Shown piece after piece: positions 1-9,997 of a DNA stretch of 64,000 nucleotides. The stretch is from an uncultured virus (IMG/VR IMGVR_UViG_3300026522_001173) (lineage: Duplodnaviria > Heunggongvirae > Uroviricota > Caudoviricetes). The stretch's first letter is position 1. Every line of letters begins with the position of its first letter. Below the pieces are notes generated by a model. The model worked only from the letters and a program-made list of their open reading frames with translations. It did not search any database and was not told the origin of the DNA. The stretch lies in IMG/VR virus record IMGVR_UViG_3300026522_001173, one strand, 5' to 3'. Position numbers and translations under genes: made by a program.

Positions 1-1188
1 TCATTTTGACTTCTCCTCTTTGACCCTTTCTCTATATTCATCCCGGATAAGCGCATACGATATAAAGTTCTCTATGACCGCCATTACATCCGGCTCGTCC
101 AAATTCCAGAGATGATCACATAAAAGCGTTCCGAGATTAAATCGCTTGCCATCTATGATGCCTGGATACTTTTCTGAGACAAACTGACGTAACTCATCAA
201 TTTTGCCACTTCCAATTTTGCCTACTCCAATCCTACCGCTGTGATAGAAGGTGACCTCATTCCCAACAACCGTGACATTATCATCAACAGATAATTGTAG
301 CGAATGGTGTGATGTTTCTTCTTTGTCTATCGCAACATTAATGGCTGTTTTTCGTACGTTCTGATTGCTCCAAGTGACATAGGGACTGAAGCCTATCGAT
401 ACAAATTCCGCATTTCCATTGTACTCAATAAGAAACGAACGGTATGCTCCATAAAATTGTCCACCGGAAGCATTGCCATACGACAAAAGTCGCACACCAT
501 AGTCTTCAATCAGTTTGAAGATTTTGTACTGCTTTACTGGCAATCTATGATCCGGGTACAGAAGACACTCCCAAAGATTAACAGATGGTGTCAGCAATTT
601 ATTAGGCGTAGATTCTCCCATATCCGCTTCAAGATAAGCATCCGGATGCTCATAAATTTCTTTAAGCGTAAGCCTGGGTCGTGGCACTGTTTGAGGAATC
701 TCCTGATACTCCTTCTTCAGCATTTGCAGATACTTCGGGAACTCTGCAATTTCAACATAATGGCCCGCCTCTGAATCATAATAAAACAGAAAAGTATATG
801 ATCCGTTTGTAAGCATGCAGTAATCGCAGCCAAGCCTGTTAGCGTAGCTGACGATCTGATTTTCCTGTTTTTCTCCTATAAACACGCCGGGAGCCTTACA
901 CTCAATAATGGCAAGCGGATAATATGCCTGCTCCTCCTCAGAATAGCGGTTTACGATTATATCGGCTCTGTCCTTTGTATTGACTCCGTATTGTGATAAA
1001 CGTTCCTCGACCCGAATCATGGTGTGGGGAATATCAAGTTCGTCAAGTAGGTATGATACCACTTGCTGACGAATCGTTTCTTCTGGGGTTATCTGTATCA
1101 GTTTTTCTCTTATGGGATCAAGGTAGCACTGCTTACCATTCCTCATATATATCGGAGGCAACTTGGTCTTGCTAAAATCAATCCTCAA
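1..1188 (-). CDS. Stand-alone type I restriction HsdR N-terminal-like PD-(D/E)XK nuclease
   Basis: DPIR..TPEE..RQ followed by RADI...IIECKA...Q..SY is the HSDR_N pattern. There is no helicase domain in the 395 aa. Confidence 0.7.
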   Translation of the reverse strand: MRIDFSKTKLPPIYMRNGKQCYLDPIREKLIQITPEETIRQQVVSYLLDELDIPHTMIRVEERLSQYGVNTKDRADIIVNRYSEEEQAYYPLAIIECKAPGVFIGEKQENQIVSYANRLGCDYCMLTNGSYTFLFYYDSEAGHYVEIAEFPKYLQMLKKEYQEIPQTVPRPRLTLKEIYEHPDAYLEADMGESTPNKLLTPSVNLWECLLYPDHRLPVKQYKIFKLIEDYGVRLLSYGNASGGQFYGAYRSFLIEYNGNAEFVSIGFSPYVTWSNQNVRKTAINVAIDKEETSHHSLQLSVDDNVTVVGNEVTFYHSGRIGVGKIGSGKIDELRQFVSEKYPGIIDGKRFNLGTLLCDHLWNLDEPDVMAVIENFISYALIRDEYRERVKEEKSK

Positions 1189-1405
1189 CGTTTGCCACCT
1201 CTCGTTTCACATAGGTCAGTTCCACATCGTACCCAAGCGCCTCCATGATGGAAACGAAGGTCTTGTTCACGACCTTATCACCGCCATTGATCACACGGCT
1301 GACATAGGATGCTGAAGTGCCGACTTCCTCGGCCACCTTTGCCTGTGTTGTATTACCCTCGATGCACTTCACCTTGACATCAAGTTCTATATTATTTCTC
1401 AGCAT
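1178..1405 (-). CDS. Small XRE-like HTH DNA-binding protein
   Basis: 75 aa with the HTH segment TQAKVAEEVGTSASYVSRVIN. GGAGG RBS; overlaps the downstream nuclease start. Confidence 0.75.
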   Translation of the reverse strand: MLRNNIELDVKVKCIEGNTTQAKVAEEVGTSASYVSRVINGGDKVVNKTFVSIMEALGYDVELTYVKREVANVED

Positions 1406-1494
1406 GATATTCCTCCGAAGTACGGTTCATAAGTTTCACGAATCGTTAAATTTATTTTAACACAGAATTATAAACATTTCTACCCCTGCCACGA

Positions 1495-1522
1495 AAAAAG
1501 CACCCCGCCGAAACGAGGTGCA
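1495..1522 (-). terminator. Rho-independent terminator after the recombinase cluster
   Basis: Minus strand reads GCACCTCGTTTCGGCGGGGTGC followed by TTTTTT. Confidence 0.7.
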
Positions 1523-1541
1523 TGCATATGTGCCTGTTCTG

Positions 1542-3113
1542 TTATGCGTCTACATCTATCTTAAGACCGGATTTAAACTCCACGGTAAGTTTCTCATCGT
1601 AAACCGTAATCTTCTCGATCAGCCTTCTGACCAGTGCTTCAGAGTATTCGGTGATCGCCTGTGTCTGTTCATCGAGAAATGAAATCATGTCATTGACCTG
1701 ATCGATCGCGCCTTGCCTTGCTGCTGCATCCGCAAGGATCGCCTGTCGTTCCTCCCGGAGGGTAATGATGGCATCTCCAATCTCATCGATTTTCGTCTGG
1801 TCATTTCCGGCATTCAGAAGTTCCATCTGTTTGACCTTGATTTCTTTGTCAACCTCGGCAAGCTGCCCCTCTGTATCCCCGGTAAGTTCCAGCTGAATGT
1901 TCTGCTTGAGAACAGGGAGGACGCTGTCTTTTTTCGACCAGGCATCGTTTATTGCCGTGACCACCGCCGCCTGCAGGTCTTCCTCACGAATGGTTCTCGC
2001 CGGACATTCAATTCCGCTCTTTTTCTTTTCCACCCGGCTGACGCAGCGCCAGACCGTTGACTTGCAGCCCCGGTTGTTCCATTTTATTCTGCGGTAGATG
2101 TCTCCGCAGTGGGCGCAGACAACCAGACTCGACAGAGCGTATTTTGCACTGTAGATCCTGCGTCTGCCGTCAGTATTGATATTCGCCCTTCTTACGATCT
2201 CCGCCTGGACTCGCAGGAAAATATCCCGGTCAATGATTGCCTCATGGCTGCCTTCCACGTAGTACTTGGGTGCAATACCGTTATTGGCAACACGCTTCTT
2301 TTCAAGGGTGTTGACCGTATAAGTCTTCTGCAGGAGTGCATCCCCGATGTATTTTTCGTTTGTGAGGATCTGCTTGATGTTGCTTTCCCACCATTTTCCG
2401 TTCCCGGCGCCGTTCAAAATGCCATCATTCTCAAGCCCTGTCTTTATTTGCAGAAAACTTCTGCCATCCAGATATTCGGCATAGATTCGTTTTACGACCT
2501 CTGCCTCCTCCGGGACAATAATCAGCTTTCCTTCCTTGTCCTTGGTGTATCCGAGGAACCGATTGTGGTTGACCTGGACTTTGCCCTGCTGATTTCTGAA
2601 TTGAAGACCGAGCCGTACATTTGCCGAAAGCGACTCTGATTCCTGCTGCGCCAGCGCCGCCATGATGGTCATGAGAACTTCGCCCTTGGCATCCAAGGTG
2701 TTTATGTTCTCTTTTTCAAAGAAAACGGCAATGTTAAGCCCCTTCAGTTCCCGAGTATATTTCAGGCAATCCACGGTGTTTCGGGAGAAGCGGCTAATCG
2801 ACTTGGTGAGTATCAGGTCGATCTTTCCGTCCCTGGCATCCTGTATCATGCGATTAAATGCCTCGCGCTTGGCTGTGTTGGTTGCACTGATCCCATCGTC
2901 AGCGTACACTTCGACCAGTTCCCATTCCGGCTTGGAGAGGATATAGGAAGTGTAATGCTCCACCTGTACCTCGTAGCTTGATTCCTGCTCTTCGAACTCA
3001 GTGGAAACACGGCAGTAGGCCGCCACTCTTGTTTTCTGCGCTTTCTCGGTTTTCTTCTGTGTCCCGACCGTACGTCTTGCCGGGATAACCGTAATGTTCT
3101 GTGCAAGTGCCAT
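1542..3113 (-). CDS. Large serine recombinase (resolvase, recombinase and Zn-ribbon domains)
   Basis: AAYCRVST catalytic motif, KSISRFSRN, and CAHCG...WRC Zn ribbon. Confidence 0.95.
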   Translation of the reverse strand: MALAQNITVIPARRTVGTQKKTEKAQKTRVAAYCRVSTEFEEQESSYEVQVEHYTSYILSKPEWELVEVYADDGISATNTAKREAFNRMIQDARDGKIDLILTKSISRFSRNTVDCLKYTRELKGLNIAVFFEKENINTLDAKGEVLMTIMAALAQQESESLSANVRLGLQFRNQQGKVQVNHNRFLGYTKDKEGKLIIVPEEAEVVKRIYAEYLDGRSFLQIKTGLENDGILNGAGNGKWWESNIKQILTNEKYIGDALLQKTYTVNTLEKKRVANNGIAPKYYVEGSHEAIIDRDIFLRVQAEIVRRANINTDGRRRIYSAKYALSSLVVCAHCGDIYRRIKWNNRGCKSTVWRCVSRVEKKKSGIECPARTIREEDLQAAVVTAINDAWSKKDSVLPVLKQNIQLELTGDTEGQLAEVDKEIKVKQMELLNAGNDQTKIDEIGDAIITLREERQAILADAAARQGAIDQVNDMISFLDEQTQAITEYSEALVRRLIEKITVYDEKLTVEFKSGLKIDVDA

Positions 3114-3535
3114 TAACTGCTCACCTCATTTCTGACCAGCCCGTAGGCGAATTCCACCTGTTTGACCGGATCATCGTATTTCCTCGGAATCTCCGGCATG
3201 GAGAAAGAATCGTAGTACTTCGCCTGTGGCAATGGCTTCGTTTGTCTACAGTCTCTGCCGAGCGCTACTTCACGGCGTTTACGTTCCTCCTCTGCGGCAT
3301 CAAAGGTCTCTTTATCGATGATCGTCGGGTAGCTATCGCTGCCGAGGTACTTCTTGTTCTGCAGGATATTTTTTACACCACTGTGCTTAAGCGGCAGACC
3401 AGCAGCCTTCGCAGCCGCTTTATAGGAACCGCCAATTAAATACACAGCGTACATGAGTTTTATCAGTTCTGCTTCTTCCTCGTTTATGACGATTTTTCCT
3501 TCGACCACGTCATATCCGAATGGTGTGTGCTTCAT
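3113..3535 (-). CDS. Recombinase-domain-only accessory protein
   Basis: PFGY...[14 protein letters not shown] is the DNA-binding part of a large serine recombinase without the catalytic domain. It sits between two full recombinases. Confidence 0.8.
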   Translation of the reverse strand: MKHTPFGYDVVEGKIVINEEEAELIKLMYAVYLIGGSYKAAAKAAGLPLKHSGVKNILQNKKYLGSDSYPTIIDKETFDAAEEERKRREVALGRDCRQTKPLPQAKYYDSFSMPEIPRKYDDPVKQVEFAYGLVRNEVSS

Positions 3536-3536
3536 T

Positions 3537-5075
3537 CTAATCCATCCTTTCCCGGAAGACGGGTCCGCATTTCATAGCAAACCCCACTTCTGTTTTACTG
3601 TACAGCACGATGTGGTCAACAAAGGCAGAAAACAGTTCATCGTCAAATTCTGTAATGTACTGTTCCTGTGCTGTGTACCGCATCAGGTCTGCAAGATTCT
3701 CTCTGCGTTTTTTATCTGCATCCGATGACTGCAGCTTTTTCTCTGCCAGGAGCTGCTCCTCCTTCTTCAGAAGAAGGTCGTTCTCCTCCTGATAAACAGC
3801 CGGGTCCAGAAGCCCTTTACTGAAGAACTGATGAATCTGCTGTCTGCGCTGCATGTTCTGTTCGAGAAGCATATCGATATTGTCAAGCCTTTCGAGCCGC
3901 GCCTTGGTGTGTCCCTGTCTCAGCATGACGGAATACGGTATCAGTATCTTGTCTCTTGCATATGTCAGCTTGTTCATCATAGTGACAAATGCGCCTCTCA
4001 CAGGCTCCTCCGGTACTGAGGTCAATCCGCACACCGTTTTATCCTTGATATGGGTCTGACAGGAGAATCCGAAATAGTTGTACAGTTTTGTTCTCTTGCA
4101 CTTGCCGCCGCACTGTCCGCAGACGATCTTGCCGGAGTACACATACCTTTTCTTGTATTTTTCCCGATCATCCCGGTTTCCTTTTTCACTGGCGTTCAGA
4201 TCCAGAATCGCATTTGCAGCTTCATGCTGCTCCCGGCTGATAATCGCCTCGTGGTGATCCTTGAAATAATACTGTGTTCTTTCGCCGTTATTTTCATGCC
4301 GGATGAAGCGGTCATCCGTGTAGGTCTTCTGACAGAGAACATCGCCCTTGTACTTCTCATTTCGAATCATCTGGGCAATGACTCCGCTTGTCCATTTGCT
4401 GCCTCTTTTCGTCTGAACCCCCGCTTCGTTCAGTTCTTTCGCAATTGCACTTGAGGACTTTCCTGCAAGAAGTTCATCGAAAACAAATCGGACAATATCA
4501 GCCTGCTCTTTATTGATGACCATCTTGCCGTCAATGTTGTCATAGCCGTAAGGCGGATATGAAATCTTGAAGGTTCCGTTCTGGAATCTTTTCTGCATAC
4601 TCCACTTGGTGTTCTCTGCTATGGAGTGGGATTCGCTCTCTGCCAGGCTTGAAAGAATGGAGAGCAGAAGCTCGCCCTCCATCTTGCCCGTGTCGATATT
4701 TTCTTTCTCGAAAAAGATGTAGATGCCCTTCTCACAGAGTTTTCTGACCGTTTCAATGCTGTCTACCGTGTTGCGGGAAAAGCGGCTGATGGACTTCACG
4801 ATAATGTAGTCAATCAGCCCTCGGTCGCAATCATCCAGCATGCGGAGCAGACCGTCACGCTTGGCCATTGAAGTGCCGCTCACACCTTCGTCATAATACA
4901 GTCCGGCATATTCCCAGTCCGGTCTTGCCTTGATGTAACGCTCATAATGGTTCTTTTGCGTTTCCAGGCTGACCAACTGTTCATTGGAATCGGTGGATAC
5001 CCTGGCATAGGCTGCAACACGGAGTTTCCGTTTGCTGCTGTTCTTCGCCGCCTCGATCTTCGTTATCCGTTTCAT
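3537..5075 (-). CDS. Large serine recombinase
   Basis: [22 protein letters not shown] and CGQCG motifs. Confidence 0.95.
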   Translation of the reverse strand: MKRITKIEAAKNSSKRKLRVAAYARVSTDSNEQLVSLETQKNHYERYIKARPDWEYAGLYYDEGVSGTSMAKRDGLLRMLDDCDRGLIDYIIVKSISRFSRNTVDSIETVRKLCEKGIYIFFEKENIDTGKMEGELLLSILSSLAESESHSIAENTKWSMQKRFQNGTFKISYPPYGYDNIDGKMVINKEQADIVRFVFDELLAGKSSSAIAKELNEAGVQTKRGSKWTSGVIAQMIRNEKYKGDVLCQKTYTDDRFIRHENNGERTQYYFKDHHEAIISREQHEAANAILDLNASEKGNRDDREKYKKRYVYSGKIVCGQCGGKCKRTKLYNYFGFSCQTHIKDKTVCGLTSVPEEPVRGAFVTMMNKLTYARDKILIPYSVMLRQGHTKARLERLDNIDMLLEQNMQRRQQIHQFFSKGLLDPAVYQEENDLLLKKEEQLLAEKKLQSSDADKKRRENLADLMRYTAQEQYITEFDDELFSAFVDHIVLYSKTEVGFAMKCGPVFRERMD

Positions 5076-5100
5076 TGTCTCGACCTCCTTCCCAGTCGGG

Positions 5101-5140
5101 GTAGTCTATACATCACTCTTTTTGCCCGAAATAGCAACTC
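5101..5140 (-). promoter_or_regulatory. Sigma-A-like promoter with AGAGTGAT box upstream of the recombinases
   Basis: Minus strand TTGCTA...AGAGTGATGTATAG. The same motif occurs near 43496, 45346 and 46660. Confidence 0.55.
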
Positions 5141-5142
5141 AT

Positions 5143-5358
5143 TTACGGGATTATCTTCGATATATACGGGGAGAAAGTTTCGCGGTTTTTTGCCATGATC
5201 TTGTTGAATTCATCAACACTTATACGCCCCTCGTCGAGCAGCTTTTTTGTCAGCTGCTCTGCAAGCAGATAGTCATATTCGTTCTGCATTTCTTCATTGG
5301 TCGGCTTCGGGACATCCGCCGGATTTACCCTGCCGTCTATCGTCTGTATTACCTGCAT
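5143..5358 (-). CDS. SHOCT-domain small protein
   Basis: KKLLDEGRISVDEFNKI motif, AGGAGG RBS, and the usual position before the recombinase triplet. Confidence 0.7.
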   Translation of the reverse strand: MQVIQTIDGRVNPADVPKPTNEEMQNEYDYLLAEQLTKKLLDEGRISVDEFNKIMAKNRETFSPYISKIIP

Positions 5359-5376
5359 AGAAAACACCTCCTACCA

Positions 5377-5410
5377 GGTAGCCCCGGCGGGAGGTGAAAT
5401 CTGACGGTTT
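5377..5410 (-). promoter_or_regulatory. Bipartite motif AAACCGTCAGATT-N14-GGCTACC (putative phage sigma promoter), copy 1
   Basis: Both blocks and the spacing are identical to the copy at 9890-9923. Confidence 0.6.
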
Positions 5411-5421
5411 GAGAGAATTTA

Positions 5422-7410
5422 TCAATCTTTTCTGTAGAAGTCACAGACATATCCATCTGCCCGGAGGATCAGCCCGTTCGCCCAAGGAGGGACACGCGCC
5501 ATCTGCTCACACAGGACGTCAAGGCTCATCTTCGGGTTAGCCTCGATGATCAGTTCGTCATGCACATGGGCAACGATGCTGCAGCACCGGAGCGTCTTCA
5601 TGGCATACATCAGAATATCTCTCGATGTGGCCTGCACAATGTTCTCCACGAACTTGGGACCATAGCTTTCGATCCGTTCCCATTTCTTTGTGCCGCCGAC
5701 ACCTTCATAGGTAACGGACGCGCCGCCGAAACGGTTCTCTCCGATACGTGGTTTTACATAGGCAAGTGTGCGGCCGGAAGGGAGGAGGATGAAGAGCATC
5801 CCGCTCTGATAATAGAACTTCACACCTTTTACCATCTGCGGCTGTTTCTCTTTTATAACTTTCTTTACAGCCGTATCCACATCCCACCAGAAGCGGACGA
5901 TATGAGGATTGGACTGCCTCCATGCATTTACAAGCGGCTGCAGTTCCTCCTCGGCAAGACCCATCTCAAGAGCGCCCATTGCTTTGAGCGCCCCGACTGA
6001 TCCGCCGTACCCGAGAGCCAGTTCTGCGATTTTTCCTTTCTGCCGGAGATGCCCATTCACGCCATGCTTCTCAACAGGCACCTTAAACATCTGACTTGCG
6101 GATGCACAGTAGATATCGCCGCCGTCCTTAAAGACCTGTGTCCGCCAGTCCTCTCCGGCAAACCAGGCGATAACCCTTGCCTCGATAGCTGAGAAGTCCG
6201 CTACATAGAACTTCTGCCCGTCAGCCGGGATGAACGCCGTCCGTATCAGCTGTGAAAGCGTATCGGGGATATCCTCATAAAGCATATCCAGAGCGTCCAT
6301 GTCACCGCTTCGGACAAGACTCCGTGCCTGCTCCAGATCCGGCACATGATTTTGCGGAAGATTCTGCAACTGGACAAGCCTTCCGGCAAACCGACCTGTC
6401 CGGTTGGCACCGTAGAACTGGAACATTCCTCTGCACCTGTTATCCAGGCAGGCAGCATTCTGCATCGCCTGATATTTTTTCACTGATGATTTGGCAAGCT
6501 GCTGCCGGAGAGACAGTGCCTCCGATACCTCGCCATCCGTTTCTTCGATCAGGGCAGCCACAGTTTTTTTGCCGAGCGTATCTGTTTCCAGACCGTTATC
6601 CGAAAGCCAGGACTTCATCTGCACCACGCTGTTCGGATTATCAAGCTCGGTGATATCCTTCATGGCTGCCGTGAGCCTTTTCCGGGACAGTTCATCTATG
6701 GCGATTGCCTGCTCCACAAACGGCATATCCACACGGATGCCCCTGTCGTTGATCTCCTGGTCGATGTGGTATTCATCCCATATCTCATCCGGCACAGGAA
6801 ACTTTGACAGCTTCTGCTGTATCTGCATTTCCGTCTCCACGTCACGGATGTTATACGACTTGTACCTCTGCCATTTTTCTGTATCATGCTCCGGCAGATT
6901 CCTTGTACGTCCGCCGTTAGACTTGGTCGGATTGCACGGCACAGAGAAATACCGGATTAGGTCTTTTCCTTCGGTCAGCTTCTGTTTTTCAAGCCCCAGC
7001 ACCGCACCGACCCCTTCCAGGGAGAGAGGAAGGCCCATATACGCAGACCAGACCATCGAACACCGCCAGGATTCGGGATTCAGAAACCTCGTGCATTCCC
7101 TTGAAAGCGGATGATTGTCGTGAAACGAATCAAGGCTGATACCCATATCCGCGAGATACCTGGACAGGCAGATACGCTCAAACTGCGCATTGAACGCCCA
7201 TTTGGTCACGTTATCGTCTGTCAGGGCATCCAGGATATCCGCCGGGATCTCTTCACCGCAGGCAAGGTCTATGGTCCTGACCTCACCACCGTCTATGCTG
7301 TACCCGAACAACAGAATCTCAAAATCAGGGCTTTCCGCATATTTGTACACACCGCATTTCGACAGGCTGACGGAGGAATATGTCTCGATATCAATTTCAA
7401 TGTTTCTCAT
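5422..7410 (-). CDS. Phage family A DNA polymerase with 3'-5' exonuclease
   Basis: DIET (ExoI), FNAQFE, ADFSAIEAR (motif A), RQKGKIAELALGYG (motif B) and HVHDE (motif C). Confidence 0.95.
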   Translation of the reverse strand: MRNIEIDIETYSSVSLSKCGVYKYAESPDFEILLFGYSIDGGEVRTIDLACGEEIPADILDALTDDNVTKWAFNAQFERICLSRYLADMGISLDSFHDNHPLSRECTRFLNPESWRCSMVWSAYMGLPLSLEGVGAVLGLEKQKLTEGKDLIRYFSVPCNPTKSNGGRTRNLPEHDTEKWQRYKSYNIRDVETEMQIQQKLSKFPVPDEIWDEYHIDQEINDRGIRVDMPFVEQAIAIDELSRKRLTAAMKDITELDNPNSVVQMKSWLSDNGLETDTLGKKTVAALIEETDGEVSEALSLRQQLAKSSVKKYQAMQNAACLDNRCRGMFQFYGANRTGRFAGRLVQLQNLPQNHVPDLEQARSLVRSGDMDALDMLYEDIPDTLSQLIRTAFIPADGQKFYVADFSAIEARVIAWFAGEDWRTQVFKDGGDIYCASASQMFKVPVEKHGVNGHLRQKGKIAELALGYGGSVGALKAMGALEMGLAEEELQPLVNAWRQSNPHIVRFWWDVDTAVKKVIKEKQPQMVKGVKFYYQSGMLFILLPSGRTLAYVKPRIGENRFGGASVTYEGVGGTKKWERIESYGPKFVENIVQATSRDILMYAMKTLRCCSIVAHVHDELIIEANPKMSLDVLCEQMARVPPWANGLILRADGYVCDFYRKD

Positions 7411-7462
7411 AAAGCCTCCTATAAAACCAGGCGGCAAGGTTGCCCCCGCCGCCCGGACACTG

Positions 7463-7618
7463 TTATTCTTCGGTTGTTTCCTGTTCCTCTTTACGCTTAC
7501 GGCGCTTCTCCCTGAACTTGCTAATCCAGTCTTTGACGATGATTACCCATCCGGCGATCACGATCCCCGCCGCCACACCGAAGCAGGTCGAGAGCATAAA
7601 ACTCTGATATGTTGTCAT
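7463..7618 (-). CDS. 51-aa single-pass membrane protein (absent from the ORF track)
   Basis: MTTYQSFMLSTCFGVAAGIVIAGWVIIVKDWISKFREKRRKRKEEQETTEE, preceded by AGGAGG. Confidence 0.6.
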   Translation of the reverse strand: MTTYQSFMLSTCFGVAAGIVIAGWVIIVKDWISKFREKRRKRKEEQETTEE

Positions 7619-7632
7619 AGGTCACGCCCTCC

Positions 7633-8184
7633 TTATGCCAGGAAATCATCGTCATCGAGGGTAGCGAAATCATCCGCTGCGTTCGTTCTGCCGCCGAGAG
7701 GCTCCCCGTCACGCACCTTCTGGATGTTGCCCAGACCGCATGCGATACCTTTATTGCCGTTGGAGTTGAAGGCATAGAAGTTCAGAGACACTCTCGCATA
7801 GCAGCCGGAGTAGACTTCGCTCCTGTCGAGGATCGGCTTGACCGCCCTGTCAACGATCTGGGGAGCGGTATTGGAGTTGGCGTTGATGAAGTAATGCCCC
7901 TTATAGGCCTCATCATCACGCTCCACATCACCGTCACGGAGAGGCAGCTTGATCGCAGCCTTGTTGGGCTTCTTGCCGCCGAACTTAGCGATACCGTCCT
8001 CGATAGCAGCATCGATCGCCGCGTTGATGGAGTTTACCGTGGCGGTATCATCCTTCGGGATGAGAACGGATACGGAATACTTCTCCGCTCCGCCGTTGAT
8101 GGATACAGGCTCCCAACCGTGGAAGTAAGAGAGTCTCGTGTTAATACCAGTGATAACCTTTGTCTTATTATTCGTGTTTGCCAT
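7633..8184 (-). CDS. Phage ssDNA-binding protein (DUF2815, T7 gp2.5-like)
   Basis: RLSY, KYS, PLRDGD, YSGCY and LGNIQK..DGEPL motifs with an acidic DDDDFLA tail. Confidence 0.9.
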   Translation of the reverse strand: MANTNNKTKVITGINTRLSYFHGWEPVSINGGAEKYSVSVLIPKDDTATVNSINAAIDAAIEDGIAKFGGKKPNKAAIKLPLRDGDVERDDEAYKGHYFINANSNTAPQIVDRAVKPILDRSEVYSGCYARVSLNFYAFNSNGNKGIACGLGNIQKVRDGEPLGGRTNAADDFATLDDDDFLA

Positions 8185-8186
8185 TT

Positions 8187-9329
8187 TTACATATCCTCCT
8201 TAATTTCATTAAATTCGTTCATGGCGTTTGTTACATTCATTGCCGGCCTCTTATCCGATCTCGGAACCAGTGTCGGCTTACCCGGCGGTTTGTAGATGAG
8301 GCCGCCGAGAACCTCTTCAAACTTTGCCTTGCCCATAAGCTTCTGCATCTCGGTGAGCGTGATCAGGCTCTTGCGGTAGATGTCCGTGTATCCGGCTTCC
8401 TGTGCCGCTTCAGCAACTTTTGCTTCGTCCCGGTATTTACGGACGGATCTGCCCTCGACCACCTTGAACCCGCTCCACTCCTTGCCGTGATTGACTGCTG
8501 CATCGGTAGCATAGGCTGTGATCTCATTTGCCCATTTGGTAAGGTCGGGAAGAACGGTCAGGATCTCCTCGATTTCCGCATCCGTCAGAAGCGGCGGCAT
8601 TTTGAACTCTGTCTGTGCCAGCTTCAGTTTTTCTTCCGCTCTCGCCCTGCATTTGACTGCCGCACGGCAGAAGGTACACCACTCTCCGGGGAGATATTCG
8701 CCCTCGCCGTTAAAGGCCATCTGCGCTTTCGGCTTCAACGTGTTCTCTGCCCAGTCCTTCAGTTCCGTGACCGGGATCGTCCATGTGCTGACATTTTCCC
8801 GCCTCGGCTGGAAGATGGTCATGGAAACCTCCCGGATGTCATACAGGGCATCGTAAAGTTCCAATGCACCCAGCGCATACAGTTTCATCTGCGGATTATC
8901 TTCAGCTTCGACCAGGATGCCCATGCCATACTTGAAGTCCACGATGTGCAGCCTGTCATCGGAAATGATGATGCAGTCCCCGGTACCAAATCCCTCCGGC
9001 ACATAGCAGGAGAAGTCGAGATGCTGTTCGATCAGGACAATCGGGTCTTTGCAGATCTGCTTTGCCGCCTCATACTGCTCCATAACGAAGTCCACATAGG
9101 CATCGGTGCATTCTTCCATCTCATCAGAGTCGTAGTCTGACACCGGACGCTTGCTCCTTCTCTTGAGCGCGCGTTTCAGCTTGTGTTCGCAGAGAGCGTG
9201 TGCCGCCGTACCTTCTCTTGCCGCCTCGGACTCGGTGCCTTCAAACTCCTGCTCCAGCCTTGCTGACGGAGTGCAGTTCGTCCACCTGTGAGCGCCGGAA
9301 GGAGATAGGATGGAGTGTTTTCCCATCAC
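8187..9329 (-). CDS. DUF2800 Cas4-like PD-(D/E)XK exonuclease
   Basis: LSPS..HRW..C, EGTAAH, FGTGD, IVDFKYG, QMKLY and C..C....C motifs. Confidence 0.9.
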   Translation of the reverse strand: MMGKHSILSPSGAHRWTNCTPSARLEQEFEGTESEAAREGTAAHALCEHKLKRALKRRSKRPVSDYDSDEMEECTDAYVDFVMEQYEAAKQICKDPIVLIEQHLDFSCYVPEGFGTGDCIIISDDRLHIVDFKYGMGILVEAEDNPQMKLYALGALELYDALYDIREVSMTIFQPRRENVSTWTIPVTELKDWAENTLKPKAQMAFNGEGEYLPGEWCTFCRAAVKCRARAEEKLKLAQTEFKMPPLLTDAEIEEILTVLPDLTKWANEITAYATDAAVNHGKEWSGFKVVEGRSVRKYRDEAKVAEAAQEAGYTDIYRKSLITLTEMQKLMGKAKFEEVLGGLIYKPPGKPTLVPRSDKRPAMNVTNAMNEFNEIKEDM

Positions 9330-9652
9330 AGCACCTCCGCTTCTGCAAGCACCGCCGGATAGTCCTTCGGGTCGATATCGCTCAAACGGTCTGCGCCATA
9401 CTTCTGAATAATGGCTCTGACCTCGGCTGTATGACCACTGCGGCTCTTTTCCGCAAGTACGCCCCTGACCTTTTCAAGCGGGATCTGCTCAGGCTTTTTC
9501 TCCGGCAGCGCTTTCGGTTCATCCGTCTCTTTCGGCAGACTGTCAATCACAAGGCTGCATACCGCCTGGATGCTGTCTGCCAGGGAGCGGATGTCCTCCA
9601 CCACCTTAAGAAGTCTCTGTGCCGCTTCAAGCACTAACGTGGCTTTGTCCAT
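9326..9652 (-). CDS. Conserved phage replication-module protein
   Basis: C-terminal LEKVRGVLAEKSR...KYGADRLSDIDPKDY is typical of the gene preceding DUF2800. Confidence 0.7.
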   Translation of the reverse strand: MDKATLVLEAAQRLLKVVEDIRSLADSIQAVCSLVIDSLPKETDEPKALPEKKPEQIPLEKVRGVLAEKSRSGHTAEVRAIIQKYGADRLSDIDPKDYPAVLAEAEVL

Positions 9653-9845
9653 TACCGTCTCCTCCTTCCTTTGTCTCGCAGATGGCGATCTCTCCGATGC
9701 TGTCTCCCGGTATCAGGACGGTCACTCTGCGTTTATCCCCGAGGAGAAACTTCAGCAGCCTTTCCCTTACCGTGAGGCTCTTGCAGGTCACGATCCCGCC
9801 AGTCTGCGGTTTCTTTGAAACACTGATTTTCAATTTGTGCTTCAT
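9627..9845 (-). CDS. Conserved hypothetical phage protein
   Basis: 72 aa with AAGGAG RBS; first gene behind the bipartite promoter motif. Confidence 0.6.
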   Translation of the reverse strand: MKHKLKISVSKKPQTGGIVTCKSLTVRERLLKFLLGDKRRVTVLIPGDSIGEIAICETKEGGDGNGQSHVSA

Positions 9846-9889
9846 GGCTTTCGCTCCTTTCCGAGAGCCTTATTTCCTGCCCTCTATCT

Positions 9890-9923
9890 GGTAGCCTTGG
9901 GAAGGACGGTAATCTGACGGTTT
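9890..9923 (-). promoter_or_regulatory. Bipartite motif AAACCGTCAGATT-N14-GGCTACC, copy 2
   Basis: Matches 5377-5410 and lies upstream of the PolA operon. Confidence 0.6.
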
Positions 9924-9933
9924 TGAAAAAAGA

Positions 9934-9979
9934 AAATAAAAAAAGCCTGCAGGCTCCCCAAAGAGATACCCGCAGGCAT
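9934..9979 (-). repeat. 46-bp terminator hairpin and direct repeat, left boundary of the cargo island
   Basis: 42 of 46 bases match 23903-23948. Minus strand forms a GCCTGC...GCAGGC stem followed by T7. Confidence 0.85.
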
Positions 9980-9997
9980 GTAATACTGTTTATTCAG

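Noticed and set aside
1406..1541. Prophage attachment site
   Set aside because: Plausible location, but no matching partner sequence is available in the window.
8187..9329. Cas4-like nuclease as evidence of a CRISPR-Cas locus
   Set aside because: It is the usual DUF2800 phage replication nuclease; I saw no array or other cas genes.
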